Of a stretch of 64,000 bases of DNA, positions 12,849-22,663 are shown piece after piece. Both the position numbers and the translations under genes were made by a program. The notes beneath the pieces were generated by a model. That model made no database searches, was not told the DNA's origin, and was given only the letters and a program-made list of their open reading frames with translations. This stretch comes from Octopus sinensis (Eukaryota). The stretch covers positions 22,940,001-23,004,000 of the forward strand of contig NC_043008.1 of assembly GCF_006345805.1 (NCBI RefSeq). Direction: 5' to 3'. The first letter of the stretch is position 1. Each line of letters opens with the position of its first letter.

Positions 12849-13257
12849 GGATCTTTTCGGTTTGAAGGGCAGTTTTTTTCTAGCGGTGTCATATGAAATT
12901 GTCACCCATAATTATGACCCTAGTATCGATCTATTTGCATTTCAATCTGTTTTAGGGTTAGGGTTAGGGTATCTTTTTTTACCTTCAGAAATGTAAATAA
13001 ACCCAATCTGTTTCTTAAACGAGGGACATATTCATACGGCACAGAATGTTTTCACCTCAATAGACGTCACTGATTAGTTGAAATTGCAGAAATTGAAGAA
13101 AAAAACACAACAAATATCTTACAAACTATTGAATTTTCTCAATAAAGCCAAGAGAAAAAGATATTTTATAAACACATTCTACCAGTATACGAAGTTTAAA
13201 AGTGTTTAGTTACGTGGAAATTATTTGAAAAAACTGCCGTTCAAACCGAAAAGATCC
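12849..13257. mobile_element. MITE with ~30-bp TIRs and internal (TTAGGG)3
   Basis: GGATCTTTTCGGTTTGAAGGGCAGTTTTTT ... AAAAAACTGCCGTTCAAACCGAAAAGATCC; flanks AGTACACC / CGTACACC form a near-perfect TSD. Confidence 0.85.
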
Positions 13258-13526
13258 CGTACACCATCACTTCTAGACGCGATCGCCGATTTACAAGCAC
13301 GCGCAGACAGACTTGTAGATTAGTCTTGAGTTGTTTGCTTAAGAGAAGCTTTTTCTTTTCGCTCTGTAAATTTCTCTGTAACACGCAGAAGCTTTTGCGC
13401 TTCGTTCAAAATTTGGATCTTGTGTTTGAAAAATAAAACTCGTAAACTCGGAGTCTCATAAAATGGATCCTCGTAAAGCGAGATATTACTGTATATGTTA
13501 TATGTAGGACATTCTTTCGGTACTAC

Positions 13527-13830
13527 TTGAGAACAGTGGTCCCGGTGCGCGGTCTCCCGTATCCGCGCTAGCTACTCGATCCTACAACGACTACCTAGCA
13601 AAGTAAATAAAACACAAAATAAATACTAGAGACGAAAGATCGCCAATTTTTTTACACAAAGCAAATGATTTTTGTTAAATAAAGTAAATAAAACACAAAA
13701 AAACAAAGTAAATAATTTTCTAAACAAAGCAAATAACACACAAAAACACAAAGTAAGGATCGACTAGTCATGACTAGCTAGCGCCGATGTGTGACTACGA
13801 GAGTGCGCGCACCGGGACCATTCTTCTTAA
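13527..13830. mobile_element. MITE-like element with imperfect terminal inverted repeats
   Basis: TGGTCCCGGTGCGCG...TCGATCCT mirrored by AGGATCGA...CGCGCACCGGGACCA. Confidence 0.6.
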
Positions 13831-14299
13831 GTTGTACCCATTGCTGGCATATAATTTCGTTATATCTATACTCCACAACCCACGGAAATTAGCCCAAGTG
13901 AAATGTTTTGATTTTTGTCGAGTTATATCGAAGGAATACCTATATGTATATATATATATTTGCGTATGTTGATATTCGGATATTTAGTCTGCGTAGCGTG
14001 GCTTTCGGACAATGTATTTACACCAGCGAACACTCACACAATTAAAGTAGTAAAACAGTTAAAAGGAAATAGGAAGGTTGAAAAAAAAAGGAAGTAAGTA
14101 GATAAAAAAAAAGGGTTATCAATGCCCAGCATTGTAAATGAAGACCTTTTAATAAGCAATTAAGCGAATAAACATCCCTCAAGTGTAAAGTGCGCTGTCT
14201 TATGTAACGATATGCAAATATCCAATTAGCCAATCAGGAATCCGCTTACTCACATTAATGAGAATAAAGTAGACAAATTTCGCTTTCAATAACCAGGTT

Positions 14300-14371
14300 G
14301 GGGATATAGCTCAGTGGTAGAGCATTCGACTGCAGATCGAGAGGTCCCCGGTTCGAACCCGGGTGTCCCCT
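14300..14371 (+). tRNA. trnC: tRNA-Cys(GCA)
   Basis: GGGGATATAGCTCAGTGGTAGAGCATTCGACTGCAGATCGAGAGGTCCCCGGTTCGAACCCGGGTGTCCCCT: full cloverleaf, GCA anticodon, U73, T-run terminator. Confidence 0.97.
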
Positions 14372-14453
14372 TGTTTTTTTTTTTCCATTTTATTTTAAAT
14401 TTGCGAAAATAATGTATTTTAAATGGAAGAAAATTGAGTTAGCTTTCAAGCTT

Positions 14454-14525
14454 GGGGATATAGCTCAGTGGTAGAGCATTCGACTGCAGATCGAGAGGTC
14501 CCCGGTTCGAACCCGGGTGTCCCCT
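14454..14525 (+). tRNA. trnC: tRNA-Cys(GCA)
   Basis: Identical to consensus. Confidence 0.97.
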
Positions 14526-14611
14526 TCATTTTTTTTTTTTCATTTTATTTTAAATTTGCAAAAATAATGTATTTTAAATGGAAGAAGAAAATTGGCGTAA
14601 CGGTTAAGTTT

Positions 14612-14682
14612 GGGGATATAGCTCAGTGGTAGAGCATTCGACTGCAGATCGAGAGGTCCCCGGTTCGAACCCGGTGTCCCCT
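14612..14682 (+). tRNA. trnC: tRNA-Cys(GCA), 1-nt T-stem deletion
   Basis: CCCGGTGT instead of CCCGGGTGT (real or homopolymer error). Confidence 0.75.
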
Positions 14683-14766
14683 TGTTTTTTTTTTTTTCCA
14701 TTTTATTTTAAATTTGCGAAAGTAATGTATTTTAAATGGAAGAAAATTGAGCTAGCTTTCAAGCTT

Positions 14767-14838
14767 GGGGATATAGCTCAGTGGTAGAGCATTCGACTGC
14801 AGATCGAGAGGTCCCCGGTTCGAACCCGGGTGTCCCCT
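14767..14838 (+). tRNA. trnC: tRNA-Cys(GCA)
   Basis: Identical to consensus. Confidence 0.97.
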
Positions 14839-14922
14839 TGTTTTTTTTTTTTTCCATTTTATTTTAAATTTGCGAAAGTAATGTATTTTAAATGGAAGAA
14901 AATTGAGCTAGCTTTCAAGCTT

Positions 14923-14994
14923 GGGGATATAGCTCAGTGGTAGAGCATTCGACTGCAGATCGAGAGGTCCCCGGTTCGAACCCGGGTGTCCCCT
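14923..14994 (+). tRNA. trnC: tRNA-Cys(GCA)
   Basis: Identical to consensus. Confidence 0.97.
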
Positions 14995-15077
14995 TGTTTT
15001 TTGTTTTTTCCATTTTATTTTAAATTTGCAAAAATAATGTATTTTAAATGGAAGATAATTGAGTTAGCTTCAAGCTT

Positions 15078-15149
15078 GGGGATATAGCTCAGTGGTAGAG
15101 CATTCGACTGCAGATCGAGAGGTCCCCGGTTCGAACCCGGGTGTCCCCT
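15078..15149 (+). tRNA. trnC: tRNA-Cys(GCA)
   Basis: Identical to consensus. Confidence 0.97.
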
Positions 15150-15257
15150 TGTTTTTTGTTTTTTCCATTTTATTTTAAATTTGCAAAAATAATGTATTTT
15201 AAATTTGCAAAAATAATGTATTTTAAATGGAAGAAAATTGAGGTATCTCCCAACCTT

Positions 15258-15329
15258 GGGGATATAGCTCAGTGGTAGAGCATTCGACTGCAGATCGAGA
15301 GGTCCCCAGTTCGAACCCGGGTGTCCCCT
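15258..15329 (+). tRNA. trnC: tRNA-Cys(GCA), T-stem variant
   Basis: CCCAG instead of CCCGG (one A-C mismatch in the T stem). Confidence 0.85.
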
Positions 15330-15413
15330 TGCTTTTTTTTTCTTCCATTTTATTTTAAATTTGCGAGAATAATGTTTTTGAAAAGGAAGAAAATTGGCGT
15401 AACTGTCAAGCTT

Positions 15414-15485
15414 GGGGATATAGCTCAGTGGTAGAGCATTCGACTGCAGATCGAGAGGTCCCCGGTTCGAACCCGGGTGTCCCCT
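15414..15485 (+). tRNA. trnC: tRNA-Cys(GCA)
   Basis: Identical to consensus. Confidence 0.97.
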
Positions 15486-15568
15486 TGTTTTTTGTTTTTT
15501 CCATTTTATTTTAATTTGCGAAAATAATGTATATTAAATGGAAGAAAATTAATGTAGTGCTCAAGCTT

Positions 15569-15640
15569 GGGGATATAGCTCAGTGGTAGAGCATTCGACT
15601 GCAGATCGAGAGGTCCCCGGTTCGAACCCGGGTGTCCCCT
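15569..15640 (+). tRNA. trnC: tRNA-Cys(GCA)
   Basis: Identical to consensus. Confidence 0.97.
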
Positions 15641-15723
15641 TGTTTTTTTTTTTTCCATTTTATTTTAAATTTGCGAAAATAATGTTTTTGAAAAGGAAGA
15701 AAATTGGCGTAACTGTCAAGCTT

Positions 15724-15795
15724 GGGGATATAGCTCAGTGGTAGAGCATTCGACTGCAGATCGAGAGGTCCCCGGTTCGAACCCGGGTGTCCCCT
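15724..15795 (+). tRNA. trnC: tRNA-Cys(GCA)
   Basis: Identical to consensus. Confidence 0.97.
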
Positions 15796-15879
15796 TCATT
15801 TTTTTTTTTTCCATTTTATTTTAAATTTGCAAAAATAATGTATTTTAAATGGAAGAAAATTGGCGTAACGGTTAAGTTT

Positions 15880-15951
15880 GGGGATATAGCTCAGTGGTAG
15901 AGCATTCGACTGCAGATCGAGAGGTCCCCGGTTCGAACCCGGGTGTCCCCT
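15880..15951 (+). tRNA. trnC: tRNA-Cys(GCA)
   Basis: Identical to consensus. Confidence 0.97.
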
Positions 15952-16035
15952 TGTTTTTTTTTTTTTCCATTTTATTTTAAATTTGCGAAAGTAATGTATT
16001 TTAAATGGAAGAAAATTGAGCTAGCTTTCAAGCTT

Positions 16036-16107
16036 GGGGATATAGCTCAGTGGTAGAGCATTCGACTGCAGATCGAGAGGTCCCCGGTTCGAACCCGGGT
16101 TTCCCCT
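16036..16107 (+). tRNA. trnC: tRNA-Cys(GCA), acceptor-stem variant
   Basis: 3' acceptor strand TTTCCCC instead of TGTCCCC. Confidence 0.85.
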
Positions 16108-16188
16108 TGTTTTTTTTTTTTTTTTTTTTTTAAAATTTGCGAAAATAATTTTTTTAAAAGGAAGAAAATTGGCGTAACGGTTAAGTTT

Positions 16189-16260
16189 GGGGATATAGCT
16201 CAGTGGTAGAGCATTCGACTGCAGATCGAGAGGTCCCCGGTTCGAACCCGGGTGTCCCCT
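16189..16260 (+). tRNA. trnC: tRNA-Cys(GCA)
   Basis: Identical to consensus. Confidence 0.97.
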
Positions 16261-16345
16261 TGTTTTTTTTTTTTTTTCATTTTATTTTAAATTTGCGAAA
16301 ATAATGTTTTTGAAAAGGAAGAAAATTGGCGTAACTGTCAAGCTT

Positions 16346-16416
16346 GGGCATATAGCTCAGTGGTAGAGCATTCGACTGCAGATCGAGAGGTCCCCGGTTC
16401 GAACCCGGTGTCCCCT
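16346..16416 (+). tRNA. trnC: tRNA-Cys(GCA), probably defective
   Basis: GGGC start (acceptor mismatch) plus 1-nt T-stem deletion. Confidence 0.65.
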
Positions 16417-16500
16417 TCAGTTTTTTTTTTTCCATTTTATTTAAAATTTGCGAAAATAATTTTTTTTAAAAGGAAGAAAATTGGCGTAACGGTTAAGTTT

Positions 16501-16572
16501 GGTGATATAGCTCAGTGGTAGAGCATTCGACTGCAGATCGAGAGGTCCCCGGTTCGAACCCGGGTGTCCCCT
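16501..16572 (+). tRNA. trnC: tRNA-Cys(GCA), acceptor variant
   Basis: GGTG start gives one acceptor-stem mismatch. Confidence 0.8.
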
Positions 16573-16704
16573 TGTTTTTTTTTTTTCCATTTTGTTGTAA
16601 ATTTGCGAAAATAATATATTTAAAATGCTCTACCACTGAGCTATATCCACTTTTAAACTTGCGAAAATAATATATGGAATAAAATTGGCGTAACGGTTAA
16701 GTTT

Positions 16705-16778
16705 GGGGATATAGCTCAGTGGTAGAGCATTCGACTGTAGATCGAGAGGTGCCCCCGGTTCGAACCCGGGTGTCCCCT
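16705..16778 (+). tRNA. tRNA-Cys-derived gene with GTA (Tyr) anticodon
   Basis: CT-GTA-GA loop at 16735-16741; 2-nt insertion in the variable loop; otherwise Cys consensus. Confidence 0.75.
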
Positions 16779-18097
16779 TCTATTTTTTCGAAAGTTTTAA
16801 TTTCACATTATAATTACCCATTTGCTTACCAATATTTGTATTATTTTTTTGTGTATTCGTTATTGTTTCTAATAGTATTCTCTCGCTCAGTAAATAAACT
16901 TGGGGAAAATATACAGAAACGGGCCCCAGCCCGAACTTTCTGAAAACAATGTTTTTTAGTGAAAATTTTCACAAGTTCCTTTCAGATGGTGTAGATAGCG
17001 ATTATATCGGAATGTACAAAAAGAAAAAAGAAAAATAAAAATAAAAAAAAAGAAACCTCAGAGGTGGTGGCGGGGGAGTTTCCGATAATTCACGCGTCTT
17101 CAGTTTTGCTTCCTCGTAACTTTTTAAAAAAATGGATATTTTTTAATGAAAATTTTCAAATACATTTCAGATGCTGTAGATTATGATTATTTCGGAATTT
17201 AATTTGAAAATGAATAATTAAATGTGGATTCGAGCAGATATTTCATGCATATCGATTTTGTTTTGATGACGTATGTTACAATTATGTTGAAAAAAAAAAA
17301 AAAAAAAAAAATTAGGCGTGATGAGGCATACGAAATGCAGAAGTAATTCCTGATTTCTCGTTATTTTTTGCCACTCCTTGTTTGAAACCATTACTTTGAT
17401 TCATCATTTTGTACCGTTGGAATAAAAACTGATCAGCATTGTTGTTGTTGAAGTCAAGAGTTTAAAATATAGGTAACAATGATTTGTTTCCTCAACTTTG
17501 GTTCGATTGTAATTGAGGTTGCTGGTAAATTACATTTGGATAATTTTGGATTCCAAATCAATTTTCCCCACATTACAAATTAAAAAAAAAAACCCAGAGG
17601 GAGCGTGAGTCCTAAAGTGGGGCAAAATGAGTAACGCTTAATTTCAACAAATTTTTTCTCTTTAACAGCATGGTGCGTAAATATATCAAGAAGACAGCGA
17701 CTCCAGCAGACGGAGAAGAAACCACCGAGAGAGAATATTTTTGAGTTTTTAGATTTAGTCGACTTTCGTAAATTCCATTTCATGCGTCATTTTTCCAAGA
17801 TTCTCTTTCATTTGACCTAAATATTAAAATTTTTTGTTGTACTCTGATGTCTTTGGATCGATATTGAAGTGTATGAGTCTTTTTTCAAATGTAATTCTGG
17901 GGAATTGAAGAGACAAACTAACCTTATTTTGCCTTAATCATTTTGTACCAGCTAAATTTGTTTTGCATGTTCAAAGAGAACGGAGATAATTTCCTGAAAT
18001 AGTGTTCTGAATATGTTAGTGTTTTTAATACATTTAGAGAATATTATTCGCTTAGCTGTTTATATGGTTTTTGTAACATAGTGAACATAAGTATGTG

Positions 18098-18380
18098 AAG
18101 GCACATGGCCCAGTAGTTAGAGTGTAGAGTTTATAATCGTGAGGTTGTGAGCTCGAATCCCGGACCGGGCTGCGTGTTGTGTTCTTGAGCAAGACACTTT
18201 ATTTCACGTTGCTCCAGTTCACTCAGCTGTAGAATTGAGTTGCGACGTCACAAGTGCCAAGCTGTAGCGGCGTGAGGACTGCTGGTCTTCCATAAACAAC
18301 CTTGCCCGGACTTTTGCTTGGGAGGGTAACTTTCTAGGTGCAATCCCATGGTCTGTGTCGTGACCGAAGGGGGTCTCAAT
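18098..18380 (+). mobile_element. tRNA-derived SINE (family C-related head, different body)
   Basis: GGCACATGGCCCAGTAGTTAGAGTG...GAGCTCGAATCCC then TTCTTGAGCAAGACACTTTA. Confidence 0.7.
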
Positions 18381-19007
18381 AAGTAAAAACAATTTTTTTC
18401 CTTATTTTTTTTCCCTTAAAGCCAAAATGCAGTAAATATTACTCGTTGTATCCTACTCCCATTTTGTGATCCACGTGATGTGATCTCTGCTATTTCTAAC
18501 ATACTAAACGACCATGTAGCGATTGGATTTCTTTTAAATTTGTTTAAAAGAGAAATAATTGAGACTGCGATAAAATAATAAAAGAAATATGGGTTAATAT
18601 AAAGATTCGCACCCGGGAACAAAAGCAAAAATGAACCAGCCTGGGGTGGGGTGTTAACAAGTGTGTGAAAAACGAATATTAGAAAAAAAAAGCGCGCTAA
18701 CGACCCTGGAGGGTGGGGAGGGGACTTTCGGAAAACTCACAAGATTAGATTTTTCCGTCATAACTTCCGGTAGAATAGATATATATTGATTTTTTTTTCG
18801 GAATCCCACGTTTTTGGTTATGGAGAATACGATTCGGAAAATTTCTTTTTCAAAAAATCGTATTTTCAAAATTTCAAGCTCCTCTCCTCATTTTCCACTT
18901 TTCCCGGATTTTCTTTCTTATTTTCTTTTTGCGAAATGCATAGAAAAATACGAAGATTACGATTCTGAAAATATTTGTAAAATTTGAATTTTTCAAATAA
19001 ATAAATA

Positions 19008-19088
<81 letters not shown>

Positions 19089-19118
19089 TATATATATATA
19101 TATATATGTGTGTGTGTG

Positions 19119-19178
<60 letters not shown>

Positions 19179-19254
19179 CAAAATGGGACAAAAAAGCAAA
19201 ACATCCAAATAGAACCGTTGTGCCTTGCCCCGGGGTGAGGCTGACCAAGCTGGA

Positions 19255-19780
19255 ACGGATCCGTTTCCGGTTTTTATATGGAATGGGAAACCATCCGCTG
19301 TCAGAAACCGTTAAAGGGTGAGTTAGAGATGTCTTGTCTGATGATGCGCATGTATGCGCTGAGGCTGAGACACCTCTGGCTCTACCTGGATGGTGAACAA
19401 TGTGTGGTCACCGCATGTCAAGTTCTTGCCACAATTGACGACCCTGCGGGATGTAGGCGCATGGATCACGCGGAGACCGAAAACAAGCGAATGGTAGAGG
19501 GAGTGCAGACATGCACTTGCTCTGTTCTCCCGAGCGAGCAATACCAGCAGCGGAACTACCACTGCGGATTTTTAGTTCGACGACGTTCTCGGGGAGGCTC
19601 TAGGCTTCGATGAGGAACAGCTTATCAACCTGTTCGGAAGAACATTCGGGCCGAGTTATCTGGACAACTTCCAGAAATCCCTGGCCTGGTTGTGCTACCG
19701 ATCGGCCTTGCATGTTCGAGAGAGGTAGTCAAGGCATGGTGCTGGTACCCCACCCACATGCCCGAGGTGCGGGCGTGTTA
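19255..19780 (+). mobile_element. L1/Tx1-like LINE fragment (post-RT region to zinc-binding motif)
   Basis: GC-rich island; LMMRMYALRLRHLWLYLDGEQ and YRSALHVRER...TCPRCG resemble the zf-RVT region. Confidence 0.55.
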
Positions 19781-19816
19781 GTAAAGAAAAGGAAAATTCT
19801 TTGGACCGGCATTGTT

Positions 19817-19889
19817 GGTGACATAAGGTGTGTGGCAGAGAGTTCGACTGCAGATCGAGAGGTCCCTGGTTTTAATCCGAGTGTACCCT
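19817..19889 (+). pseudogene. tRNA-Cys pseudogene
   Basis: GCA loop retained; D arm and B box degenerate. Confidence 0.8.
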
Positions 19890-19994
19890 CCAGTCTGATT
19901 CTAACAATATTTGATATTGATTTTCCAGAAAATATCCGATTTTAATAGCACATTATTAGTAAAGAAGAGAAAAATTGATCGAACAGGTATTGTT

Positions 19995-20066
19995 GGGGGT
20001 ATAGCTCAGTGGTAGCGCATTCGACTGCAAATCGAGAGGTCCTAGCTTCGAATCCGAGTGTCCCAT
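19995..20066 (+). pseudogene. tRNA-Cys pseudogene
   Basis: GCA retained; T stem and acceptor mismatches. Confidence 0.8.
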
Positions 20067-20170
20067 CCAGTTTGATTCCCTCAACATATTATTTCAATTA
20101 TCCGCAAATCATCCATTTTAATGCCGCATTATGAGTAAAGGAGGGGAAAATAGCGTGAACCGGCATTTTT

Positions 20171-20242
20171 GGGCATATATCTCAGTGGTAGAGCATTCGA
20201 CTGCCGATCGAAAGGTCTTCGGTTCGAATACCACTGTCCCCT
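20171..20242 (+). pseudogene. tRNA-Cys-derived pseudogene (GCC anticodon)
   Basis: CT-GCC-GA loop; T stem disrupted. Confidence 0.75.
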
Positions 20243-20347
20243 TCACATTGATTCCATTAATATTTTATTTCAATTTTCCGAAAATTATCCGTTTTTAATG
20301 TGACACTATGAGTAAAGTGGAACCAAATCGATCGGACCGGCATTGTT

Positions 20348-20420
20348 GATGATATATGGTGTGTTGTAGAGTGTTCGATAGCAGATCGGGAGTTCCATGG
20401 TTCGAATTTGAGTGTGCCCT
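20348..20420 (+). pseudogene. tRNA-Cys pseudogene (highly degenerate)
   Basis: Array position plus residual GCAGATCG and GGTTCGAAT. Confidence 0.7.
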
Positions 20421-20523
20421 CCAGTATGATTCTAACAATATTTGATATGGATTTTCCGAAAATATCCGAATTTACGGCACATTATTAGTAAAGAAGAGAA
20501 AAATTACTCGAACTGGCATTCTT

Positions 20524-20595
20524 GGGGATATAGCTCAGTGGTAGAGCATTCGACTACAGATCGACAGGTCCTCGGTTCGAATCCGAGTGTCCCCT
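20524..20595 (+). tRNA. tRNA-Cys with ACA anticodon (isodecoder 2 body)
   Basis: Intact A/B boxes, CTCGG/CCGAG T stem, CT-ACA-GA loop, one anticodon-stem mismatch. Confidence 0.7.
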
Positions 20596-20645
20596 CCAGT
20601 TTGATTCCACTAATTTTTTATTCCAATTTTCCGAAAATTATTGTT

Positions 20646-20720
20646 GGTGATATAAGCTCAGGGAGAAAGCATTGGGCAGCAGATTAAGAGTTCCTTGGTT
20701 GTAATCCGATTGTCACCCCC
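20646..20720 (+). pseudogene. tRNA-Cys pseudogene (highly degenerate)
   Basis: Array position and residual similarity. Confidence 0.65.
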
Positions 20721-20823
20721 CAGTTTGATTTCATCAGTATTTCATTTCAATATTCCGAAAATATCCGATTTTAATGGGACATTATAAGTAAAGAGGAAGA
20801 AAATTCCTTGGACCGGAATAGTT

Positions 20824-20897
20824 GGTGACATAAGGTGTGTGGTAGAGCGCTCGACTACTGATCGAGAGGTCCCTGGATTTAATCCGAGTGTCCCCCT
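20824..20897 (+). pseudogene. tRNA-Cys pseudogene
   Basis: Same GGTGACATAAGGTGTGTGG type as 19817; loop CT-ACT-GA. Confidence 0.7.
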
Positions 20898-21002
20898 CCA
20901 GTTTTGAGTCCAATAAAATTTTATATCGATTTTCCGAAAATATCCGATTTTAATGGCACATTATGAGTCAAGAAAAGAAAAATGGTTCGAATTATCGTTG
21001 TT

Positions 21003-21074
21003 GGGGATATAGCTCAGTGGTAGAGCATTCGACTGCAGATCGAGAGGCCCTCGGTTCGAATCCGAGTGTCCCCT
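21003..21074 (+). tRNA. trnC: tRNA-Cys(GCA), isodecoder 2
   Basis: Full cloverleaf with compensatory T stem CTCGG-TTCGAAT-CCGAG and variable loop AGGCC. Confidence 0.9.
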
Positions 21075-21180
21075 CTAGTTTGATTCCACCAATTTTTTTA
21101 TTTCAGTTTTCCGAAAATCATCCGTTTTTAATAGCACATTATGAGTAAAGATGAGGAAATTTGCTCGAACCCGACTCGTT

Positions 21181-21253
21181 GGTAATATAAACTCTGTTGT
21201 AGAGCATTCGGTTGTAGATCGAGAGGTTGTCGTTTCGAATCCGAGTGTACCCT
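21181..21253 (+). pseudogene. tRNA-Cys pseudogene
   Basis: Residual GTAGAGCATTCG...GATCGAGAGGT...TTCGAATCCGAGTG. Confidence 0.7.
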
Positions 21254-21359
21254 CTAGTTTGTTTCCACCAATTTTTTAATTTCAATTTTCCGAAAATTAT
21301 CCGTTTTTAATAGGACATTATAAGTAAAGATAAGGAAAATTGCTCGAACAGGAATCGTT

Positions 21360-21402
21360 GGTGATATAAGCTTAGTGACAGTGCATTGGACAGCAGATCC
21401 AG
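21360..21402 (+). pseudogene. Truncated tRNA-Cys pseudogene (5' half)
   Basis: Last unit of array 2; similarity ends after CAGCAGATC. Confidence 0.55.
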
Positions 21403-21825
21403 TGTAACTATGTCTTAATACAGCACTGCGTATAGATAAACACACAGCTAATCTAGACATACACATAGGATTAATACCGAACCGAATAAACTGTGGTTAC
21501 ACCGTAAAAATGCCACAATAATTGCGGTATTCTTTTTAAGACTGTATCTCATCTAGACGTACATGTATACTACTGTGCAGGTATGCCATATAGACGCATA
21601 TATATATTATCCGATATTACCTTAAGTTACTGAACTGCAGGAGAAAAAGCTATAGGATATGATATTTCGTTAAAGACTTTCTGAAAAGAACCGCAGTAAA
21701 ATTAAATGTTTTCGGCGCAGAATTGAAACAGGTTATCCAAAATTGATGCAACCTTTCTGCGATTCATTACTGGACCATCAGGTTACACAAAAATAATCAG
21801 ATAAATAGAATGGAATTTGATAATG

Positions 21826-21900
21826 CAGTGATGCGCCCCGGTTTGAACATGGGGGTCTTGTGAATGGCAGACAAATATTCTACCACTGAGCAATCGGTTC
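21826..21900 (-). pseudogene. Degenerate tRNA-like sequence (GCC loop, Gly-like)
   Basis: Minus strand TTGCTCAGTGGTAGAATATTTGTCTGCCATT...GTTCAAACC: A box and B box present, stems poor. Confidence 0.45.
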
Positions 21901-21966
21901 ATGATCGTACGTCATTCCTTCTTTACTCTTTTACTCTTTTACTTGTTTCAGTCATTTGACAGATAT

Positions 21967-22038
21967 GGGGATATAGCTCAGTGGTAGAGCATTCGACTGC
22001 AGATCGAGAGGTCCCCGGTTCGAACCCGGGTGTCCCCT
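21967..22038 (+). tRNA. trnC: tRNA-Cys(GCA)
   Basis: Identical to consensus; first gene of array 3. Confidence 0.97.
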
Positions 22039-22122
22039 TCTGTGTTTTTTTTTAAATTTGCGAAAAATAATGTATAATACCAACATTATAAATGGAAAAA
22101 GTCTAACAAAATAATCAAGTTT

Positions 22123-22194
22123 GGGGATATAGCTCAGTGGTAGAGCATTCGACTGCAGATCGAGAGGTCCCCGGTTCGAACCTGGGTGTCCCCT
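22123..22194 (+). tRNA. trnC: tRNA-Cys(GCA)
   Basis: One C>T change in the T stem (G-U pair). Confidence 0.92.
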
Positions 22195-22278
22195 TCTGTG
22201 TTTTTTTTTAAATTTGCGAAAAATAATGTATAATACCAACATTATAAATGGAATAAGTCTAACAAAATAATCAAGTTT

Positions 22279-22350
22279 GGGGATATAGCTCAGTGGTAGA
22301 GCATTCGACTGCAGATCGAGAGGTCCCCGGTTCGAACCCGGGTGTCCCCT
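22279..22350 (+). tRNA. trnC: tRNA-Cys(GCA)
   Basis: Identical to consensus. Confidence 0.97.
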
Positions 22351-22433
22351 TCTGTTTTTTTTTTTAAATTTGCGAAAAATAATGTATAATACCAACATTA
22401 TAAATGGAAAAAGTCTAACAAATAATCAAGTTT

Positions 22434-22508
22434 GGGGATATAGCTCAGTGGTAGAGCATTCGACTGCAGATCGAGAGGTCCCCCCCGGTTCGAACCCGGG
22501 TGTCCCGT
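22434..22508 (+). tRNA. trnC: tRNA-Cys(GCA), +3 C and 1-72 mismatch
   Basis: C7 run at the variable loop/T stem; ends TGTCCCGT. Confidence 0.65.
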
Positions 22509-22589
22509 TTTGTTATTTTTTCTTTTTATTTTAAATTTGCGAAAATAATGTATTTTAAAAGGAAGAAAATTGGCATAACGGTTAAGTTT

Positions 22590-22663
22590 GGGGATATAGC
22601 TCAGTGGTAGAGCATTCGACTGCAGATCGAGAGGTCCCCCCGGTTCGAACCCGGGTGTCCCCT
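22590..22663 (+). tRNA. trnC: tRNA-Cys(GCA), +2 C
   Basis: C6 run, otherwise consensus. Confidence 0.75.

Larger units (their letters stand above)
14300..16778 (+). repeat. Tandem tRNA-Cys array 1 (16 units, ~155-bp period)
   Basis: Sixteen head-to-tail genes, each followed by a T-run terminator and a related AT-rich spacer. Confidence 0.95.
19817..21402 (+). repeat. Decaying tRNA-Cys array 2 (10 units, ~177-bp period)
   Basis: tRNA-Cys-like units at 19817, 19995, 20171, 20348, 20524, 20646, 20824, 21003, 21181 and 21360 share the spacer CCAGTTTGATTCC...TTTTCCGAAAAT. Confidence 0.9.

Noticed and set aside
14300-16778. CRISPR-like repeat-spacer appearance
   Set aside because: The repeats are 72-nt tRNA genes, the spacers are homologous to each other, there are no cas genes and the context is eukaryotic
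21952-22398. 148-aa repetitive ORF on the minus strand
   Set aside because: Antisense reading of the 156-bp tRNA array, open because the period is a multiple of 3
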